From NCBI RefSeq assembly GCF_006345805.1, contig NC_043004.1:103850001-103914000 (forward strand): a stretch of 64,000 nucleotides of DNA, in the 5' to 3' direction. The notes beneath the pieces were generated by a model. That model saw only the letters and a program-made list of their open reading frames with translations. It was not told the origin of the DNA and ran no database searches. Both the position numbers and the translations under genes were made by a program. The first letter of the stretch is position 1. Each line of letters begins with the position of its first letter. This document shows, in pieces, positions 55,956 through 64,000 of the stretch. This DNA comes from Octopus sinensis. Taxonomy: Eukaryota.

Positions 55956-58435
55956 TGGGTGTCAGTAAGGGCTGGCAGAACATATACGCTTATTACATTA
56001 ATATGCTTCGTCTCACTAACTTTTATTAAAAAAAAAACTGCCTTTCTAATGTAGGTTACGAATGCAATTTGTGATATCAATATATTTAATGTGAGTATTT
56101 GTGTATATTGTAAAACCACCCACGTTGTGAAAGAGTCTAGCTAGTTATGCTTAATTTGGAATGCTGGCTGTTCTGTGTTATGGAAATAAGAATGTTTTCT
56201 GAATTAATTATTATTGAATTATTGCTATGTGAATTAATTAACACTGAAAGTCATGTGAATCTTTCAGTTTCACAAAAGTACTTTAAATGCTGTCAATACT
56301 GAGCTGCAGAAAGAGCAACAAAATATGTGTCATGTTTACTCTATTTTTATGTTCAGAGCTTGTATTATTAAATCTAAATCTCCACGGACTATAACGCTGG
56401 AGAGGGAGATAACGATATTTTTTTGTTTTTTCGTTGATATTATTATCATTATTGCTATGTTCCTCGTACAGTTGCGGTGTTCTGAAGTATTTGTAAATAG
56501 TGTTATTTTGTAGTGTTTTGTAAGTAGTTTGAACGCTTTTCCAGACTTTTGAATGTAACCCAACAAAAAAAAAAAAAAAACTCTGTAAATGTTTTGTTAG
56601 CTAAATTATCTTTGTCGCTTTTTTTCCTTGGTATAACTAGCATTCTATGAATATAGATACTTTCCCGTATGTAAAAATCTAGTAATTTTATGAATATTTA
56701 TTCATTCCCATGCAGAATAGGTGGCTTAGTGCGCCACACTGAATCAACTTGTTTGTTACTTCCAAGGACCCGGCTTCCATGCTGCTAAACAAGATGCACC
56801 AAAATTTAGTAAGAAGTACTAAAGTTCAGCTACTAGCAGTTAGGTCTTCTATCCTAGTAATTCAAGAAATTCCTACTGATATTACACACTTTTTCAAAAG
56901 AAATAAATATTCCCTTACTTTGGTAACGATATAAGTTTTTTTTCATTTCCATAATTAATTTCCGTAATTAAATCTTCTGAGGAAAATGTTGAATAAGAAA
57001 CATTTGGGACAGCTAGACTAACCGCCCCCCCAACCCCAACCCCTATTATTTCTAGTTTCAATATCGAAAACTACTTCCAAGCAGTTAAAATGAAGTTTGA
57101 CTTATTTCAGAATAAACTGATTCGATTTGATAAGGGAATGTATTAATATTCATAAAATTTCTTGACATACAAACAAAAAAATAAAAAGGAAAGCAATTTT
57201 ATCTATCAAGGGAATTTATGAATTTATGAATGAAAAATACTCTTTAAGCAGTGTACATGCTGTGATGTATTTATAGAAGTTTAGAGACTGCTTCGTACAA
57301 ATTCGTAACATGTTGTTCCCTGATGGTGTTCATACGTGCTCCGAGAAATATTTCTGTGTGTACATATCGTTCTCCAGTGCTCTAATGGTTCTTATTTTAT
57401 CGACTCCGATAGGATGAAAGCAAGTCGATTCCGTTGGAGCTTAAACCCAAAATGTAAAGTCGGGAGAAATGCCGCTGTTCATTTGTCCAGTACGCAAACG
57501 ATTCTGCCAGCTCGCCGCTTTATGCAACTGAAAGCAGACAATCCATGTCCCAGCTTTCAGTAGTGTTAGCCACTAATTCAACCTTGAATTTAAAAAATTA
57601 GCCAAATATAATTTCGTAAGATCATCAGTAACAACAAAACTCCTAGAGTTTCCTACAGTTAAATATCGATGCTTAATAACTTCCTATTCATCTGCCCTTT
57701 TTGCCCCCTTAAAAACTTTCTGCGGCCTCCCAGATCGTTTCTCCAATCAGCCATGTCCTTTTTCAATCTATTCTTTGACTACGTTATGAGCTGTTTGATG
57801 AAAAATACTACCAAAATTTTAATATTTCTCAATTTGACTTTTGACATGACATTGATTGAAACCAGCCGATAATTTTCTCGCCTGTAAAATTCATCGATAA
57901 CTTTCCCCCCCCCCCACTCATGGGTTTCATTGTTTTGTTCTATGAAAAAAAGTTACAATTATTCCCAAAACATTATGAAATTCATATATATGTACCTTCA
58001 ACGAAGACAAGATATATATAAGAAAAATAACGAAAACTCAACGGGTGGCTGTATGTGCACTATTTACAGTAAGGTAATCATTTCTGCATACTAATATTGT
58101 ACATGCATTGTATACAGTAAATTTATATAGTTATAATCCATAGATACAATATGAGTTAATATCCTAAGCAACATATACAACACTAATATTCTATGTATCC
58201 TGAATGCAGTATCCAATATATATTATAATATCCAGAAAAAACAATCACATACATTCACACACGCATACACATACCCTTGTATAATATGCACTTATACATA
58301 CGCATATATAACACACATAAAAACATACACGTGCACACACAAGTTATGTATTATCCAACCTATTAAGAATATTCCAAAACCAAGAGAATTAGAAGATATA
58401 TATATATATATATACACACTGTGTGTGTGAATGCG

Positions 58436-58471
<36 letters not shown>

Positions 58472-58479
58472 GCTCTCTC

Positions 58480-58510
<31 letters not shown>

Positions 58511-58632
58511 GTCTGTCTATCTATCTATCTATCTATCTAGCTATATATCTATCTATTACTATCTGTCTGTCTATCTATCTATCTATCTATCTACTATCTA
58601 TCTATCTATCTATATACATCATACTATCTATC

Positions 58633-58664
<32 letters not shown>

Positions 58665-59783
58665 TATATATATATTATATATATATATAATATATATTAT
58701 ATATATATGTATGTCTGTATGTAGTATGTATGTATGTGCGTATAGCTGAAATAAATAAATGCGAAACAGCACTTTTCATTCAAATAAGGGAGGAATAACG
58801 ATGATAAACTAAATCTGTTAGATAATTCACATCATTTGTGATGATACAGACGACATATTCGATACTTAAGCAACTACAACACAATTCCAACAAAACCTAT
58901 TGTTATCCACTTATAGTATCGTTAAGTAACCACAACATGAGTTCTTTTTCAACAAAACACGTTTAAAATGTCACTTTTTATAAATTGTATATAATTTTAT
59001 CTATTTTTACATAATTTTTCTTCTCTATTTTTCTTTCTCTTTTTCAATCTCCTTTAAGCTTTTTCACTTTCATTCTCTCTTTCGTCTTTTGTCATGTTTT
59101 ACATTCATTTCTTGCTTCGTTCTTTTCTTTCTCAATTTCCTTCACTTCTTTTTAATATTTTCCTCTTTTTCTGTTTTTTTTTGTTCCAAGAAAACTTTCT
59201 TCATATTCCTTTTTATTTTATATAAATTCATACATATAATTTTTTTTCTTTTCGTTTTGTTCCCCCTCTCTGTCTTTCTTTCTTTCTAAATTTCCTATCG
59301 TCTTTCCTCTCATTTTCTTCATCTTCTTCTCCCACCTTTCTTTCTCTCTTTTTCTTCTCCTTTTTTTTTTTGCGGCCTATGTCTTTCTTACAAAACGTTT
59401 GACACGTTAACTATACAAAGCGAAGACATATAGACAATCTCAAAGTGTTTTCATCAAACGATGCTAGCAGGGCCGTGTGTCAGTGGAATAAAAGAAATTG
59501 TCTGTCACACGGTCTTATTGCTCAGTGAGTCACTTTGAGTTTTATTTCATAAAACACCCCGAAAACTCAATCGATGTCACATGTATAAACATCCGGTGAA
59601 AAAAAGAAAAAACTTTTACACAATTCGTTTTTTGTTCTGCTTAAAAATACAGTAAAGAAAGAAAAAGGAATACACCAATTTCTCTTCTAACTTACAATAT
59701 TTCGGGTCCTTTTTTTTTCTGTAACCACACCTACCAACCCACAAACACCACCACCACGGCTGCTGCTGCTGCTGTTACTACTT

Positions 59784-59833
<50 letters not shown>

Positions 59834-60224
59834 GCAGTAATAAAGATGCTGTGATCTAAAATAACTACCCTCCGGTTAAGAGAAAGATTCAGAATTAAAA
59901 GCTTATCGGTTTCCTTTTAAAATCATAGCGAGGACGACAACCACATTGACAATGACGACGACGACGATGATGATGATGATGACGATGATGATGATGATGA
60001 TGATGGTAGTGGTGGTGGTGGTGGTGGTGGTGGTGATGATGAATATGACGACGACGGCAGCGTTGACGGTGGTGGTGATGATGGTAGTGATGGTACTGAT
60101 GATGATGATGATGATGATGATGATGTTAGTGGTAGTGATAATGACAATGAAAACTACAACGACGACGACGATGATATTGATGATGATGATGCTGATTTCT
60201 TTTTTCCTAACACAGAAACAAGAA

Positions 60225-60405
60225 CTGAAATTAAAGGGAGTGGCTTTGTCGATTACATGGATCCACCCACTACTCCGTCCCTCACTGGCATTTTATTTCG
60301 TCAACCCCCACCGAAGGGATGAAAGGCAAAGTTGACCTCGGCTGGATTTGAACTCAGAACATAACGAGCTGAAATATCGCAAAGCATTCTATCAGTGGCC
60401 CAGCA
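60225..60405 (-). mobile_element. Family A SINE, diverged
   Basis: GGATGAAAGGCAAAGTTGACCTCGGCTGGATTTGAACTCAGAAC. Confidence 0.75.
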
Positions 60406-60516
60406 ACAAAATTTTCCAAGGGGGTGCAAGCCCAGGTCCTAATTTTTTTATGAAAAATGTGGATTTTTCCAATGTTAACATTAAAACAAATGCAGGTATA
60501 ATAATTTTTATTATTA

Positions 60517-61000
60517 TGAGGGTCGGCTGAAATGTTCATAATCTGAGCAAGACACTCTCAATGGAATGTGACCAAATGAAGTTCATTTTCTAACATACTT
60601 CCTCTTACTGTCCACACACTTCCATTTGTAGTTGCAGTGCTTGGGTCGCACTGGTGAAGAAGCTTTCTGTTGATCAAAATGGTCAACAACAGAAAAGATG
60701 TTCTCATCATAGTGATACTGGTGCTCAGCTGAGTGTTTTTCTATGTTAGGAAACAGATGATAACCAGAAGGAACCAAATCACTAACATAGGGGGATGATC
60801 AACACCAGTTCAAGCCAGTCAAATACGCAGCCATTGAAAACCAAGGATTTGTGTGCTGAAGCATTGTCCTAATGAAACAAGACCCCATTCGTCAGTTTTT
60901 CAGGGTGTTTGGTCTTGATAGCCTTTCATAACTGCCTTAGGAAGTTGGTATTGAATTTTCCAATGATGGTGTGATCATTTTGAAGATAGCCAATACACAA
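60517..61000 (-). mobile_element. Old mariner 3' fragment
   Basis: TA|TGAGGGTCGGCTGAAATGTTC TIR-like end; minus-strand DNASAHKS and PYVSDLVPSGYHLFPNIEKH. Confidence 0.75.
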
Positions 61001-61309
61001 TATTTTTTTGCATAATGCATAGTATATATAATAATGTGAAGTATATTTTGCATATTAAAATGTTTAATTTTGGAAATGTATCAAGCAGAGCTAAAATAAG
61101 CAGTAAAAATACAAATTGCAAGTATTTCAAAATGTGGGACACTACATGACAAAAACTAACAAAAAAAAAAGGAAGAAAATAGTGGTGCTTGTGTCCCAAG
61201 GTACAATGAGAAGGCTCAGGAGAAGGATAGAGAGATGGGGTAGAGGGAAAGAAGTTAGAAGGAAAGAAAAGAATGAAAAGTGAAAAGATAAATTGGAGAT
61301 CTGAAATGA

Positions 61310-61516
61310 GTACTAGGCAGGAAATTGGCCCCTGTGCCGGTGGCACGTAAAAACAGCACCCACTACAATCTCAGAGTGGTTGGCCTTAGGAAGGGCATCC
61401 AGCTGTAGAAACACTGCCAGATCAGACTGGAGCCTGGTGCAGCCTCCTGGCTTTCTAGGCCCCAGTCGAACCATTCAACCTATTCTAGCATGGAAAATGG
61501 ACATTAAGCGATGATG
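61310..61516 (+). mobile_element. SINE 3' portion (GGAAGGGCATCCAGCTGTAGAAAC family) ending in GATGATG
   Basis: Recalled cephalopod repeat body with a short (GAT) tail; only one copy in the window. Confidence 0.55.
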
Positions 61517-61921
61517 CCTTACCCATGCACTGGTCTAGTAGAAAAACGATGAGTGACAAAAAATTGGATTGTCTTTTGGTACCAAAAAAGTGAAGAAAGA
61601 GAGTAGAGAAGGTTAGGGAAGAGCAAGTAGGAAGAAAGAGAGAGTGCAGAGAAATAAGGGAATAAAGATAGACAGTAGGTAGTTGACAGAGGAAGAAATG
61701 GAAGGCAGTAAAGAGAGAAAAGCAGCAGATAGGTAGAGAGGTAGACAGAGGGGAGAGGAGAAGGACAGAAAAATAGATAGAAAAGAGACACAGTCTTGCA
61801 CCAAATATTGAACACTGCGTAGGGTACCATTGAGTGGGAACAGAAGTGAGTGTGTGACATTACATTAACTAACAGACCTAAAATACTGCACAGAAAGTCA
61901 ACAAACACACATATATAATGA

Positions 61922-62760
61922 TAAAGGAAATAGCTGTATACAGTGCTCAGATGCACTACAACTAAAAAAATGGCCATCGGGTGTACTGTTGGCGGATTTC
62001 AGGACACATGGAAGTTTTGAAGGATGTAGTGTCTCGACAGCTAACAACTGATGCGGGTGGTTTATTCCATGCTTCTGCAATTCTGAGCATGAAAAATTGT
62101 TTCCGAAAGTCATGGGTGCTGTGTTGTTTTTTGATTTTATAAGCATGTCCGTGAATGTTTGTCATATGGAATTCAAAAAGGTACCCAAGGTTGCTGTTGA
62201 AAATATGGTGGATAATCTTGTGGGTGTCAATCAAGTCAGTTGCCAGACGTCGGGGTTTCAATGTATCCATGCCCAGGAATGCAAGACGTTCAGAGTATGG
62301 TAGATGTCTGACGGTGGGTATTTGCTTTGTTGCACATTTCTGAACAGTTTCCAGGAGATTTATATGCTGAGAAAGAGAGGGGTTCCAGATTGGTGATGCA
62401 AATTCCAAGTGTGGACATACCATTGTTGTATACAATTTTAAATAGATAACTGGAAAGTGGCTGACAAAGGTCTTACTGGGTGATGCTAGTAACACCTCAG
62501 CCTTTTTGACAATCTTAGATATATGGTTTGTCCAATGAAGATTGTTGTTTACAATAATACCCAGAATATGTCCACCAGAAGTTCTTGGAACTTTCCATGA
62601 AAATTTTAGACGTGTAAGACGTGAGAGAAACAGGCCTGTAATTTTTAGCTTCAGCACTGCGACCTCCTTTGTACCTATAAAAAAAAGTACCTCTGAAGTG
62701 ATCTTCGTGGTTAACCGCGTCAGGATGACGGTAGGTAATGCTTTTAATATCATTTCCTTT
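61922..62760 (-). mobile_element. CR1-clade LINE with a large internal RT deletion
   Basis: KGG..AKNYRPVSLTS (early RT, about 62590-62660) joined with a frame change to LGIIVNNNLHWTNHI...PHLEFASPIWNP...FFMLRIAEAWN. Confidence 0.88.
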
Positions 62761-63084
62761 TTATATAAATTAGTCTGAAATTGTCGAATACATTTCTTTG
62801 CAAATTAGGTAATTTCGGGGTTGGTCTGCAATCATTTATAGTTAAATGTTTCCTTTCAAAATCTTTTTTTTTATTAAACTGGACTAGTATTTCGAATGAG
62901 CAATAAGTATCAAAGCATTTAAACAATGAGCATTAAATATCAAAGATAAAAATAAATCATTTTGTTCCCTTGTCAAACTTTAGACCTAACAACCTAAATG
63001 AGAAAACCGATATGACTGAAAGAATTTTTAAACGGCACGCTTCCTGAAAAACGGTTACCCATGTTCGATCTAGCGATTCTATCA

Positions 63085-63090
63085 GATGAC

Positions 63091-63132
<42 letters not shown>

Positions 63133-63279
63133 ATGATGATGATGATGATGACGATGATGATGACGATGATGATGACGATGACGATGATGGCGGAGACGAC
63201 GACGAGGAAAATGATGATGATGATGATGACGATGATGATGATGCGATGGCGATGATGATGATGATGATGATGATGGTGC

Positions 63280-63310
<31 letters not shown>

Positions 63311-63610
63311 GATGATGATGGTGATGATGATGGTGATGATAGTGATGATGATGATGATGATAATGATGATGATGTGATGATGATGGTGATGATGAGGATA
63401 ATGATGATGATGACGATGACGATGACGGCGACGACGACGACGATGACGACGACGATGATGATGATGATGATGATGATGATGATAATGATGACGACGGCGA
63501 CGATGATGATGAAGGTGATGATGGTATCGTGGATGCTGCTGCTGCTGCAGATGATGATGACGACGACGGCGATGATGATGTCAATGACGATGATTGTGGT
63601 GGTGGTGGTG
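63085..63610. repeat. (GAT)/(GAC)/(GGT) microsatellite
   Basis: Direct reading. Confidence 0.95.
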
Positions 63611-64000
63611 TGGGAGGGTCGTGATTGTTTCTGTTATTTACCAACGAGAATGGCCGTTGACAAGAATAATAAAATGGCATGAACAAAAAGATGGTTTCGG
63701 CATTCCCAGTCAAAACACTCCCTACCTTAGCTGGCAGGTGTTACTTTCAAGATAAACACGAAAGTGTGTGTGTGTCTGTATGTCTGCATATCTGCCTGTC
63801 TGCATGTGGTTCTGTCTGTCTGTCTGTCTGTCTGTCGGTTTGTCTTTCTGTTTTTCTAACTTTCTTAACTTTATCTATATTCCATGATTATTATACGATG
63901 ATACAGAAAAGGAAAAATAAAGGAAGAAAGTAAGGAACTAAAGCCCCCACCCCTCCACACATGTATACACCAAAAAAAAAATAAGAAAAGAAAAAAAACA

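Noticed and set aside
59640-59760. Minus-strand ATT|GTAAGT donor suggesting an antisense first exon
   Set aside because: A single donor hexamer is expected by chance; no promoter or acceptor support.

Overview
Animal, AT-rich, microsatellite-saturated genomic DNA. The SINE and LINE repertoire points to a cephalopod, probably Octopus; this is an inference from recalled repeat families, not a database match. I found no host protein-coding exon I can support, and nearly all ORFs in the track are translated simple repeats. Real coding remnants are all from transposons: RLE-type (R4/Dong-like) LINEs stacked in (TAA)n tracts, CR1, RTE/RTE-X, two to three mariners, a Tc1 (DD34E) and a TRT-like (DD37E) fragment. 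There are dozens of tRNA-derived SINEs, several MITEs (one Mutator-like with a perfect 9-bp TSD) and a 100-N scaffold gap followed by apparently error-rich sequence. The most interesting signal is a set of minimal type-I hammerhead ribozyme motifs in several unrelated short repeat families, mostly arranged as inverted repeats. The best one sits in a tRNA-headed (Pol III A/B box) unit at 51.5-51.9 kb, a candidate hammerhead-bearing SINE/retrozyme. A promoter-like block with candidate non-coding exons at about 12.4-12.8 kb suggests that most of the window is intronic to a + strand gene. SINE and remnant boundaries are approximate, read by eye.
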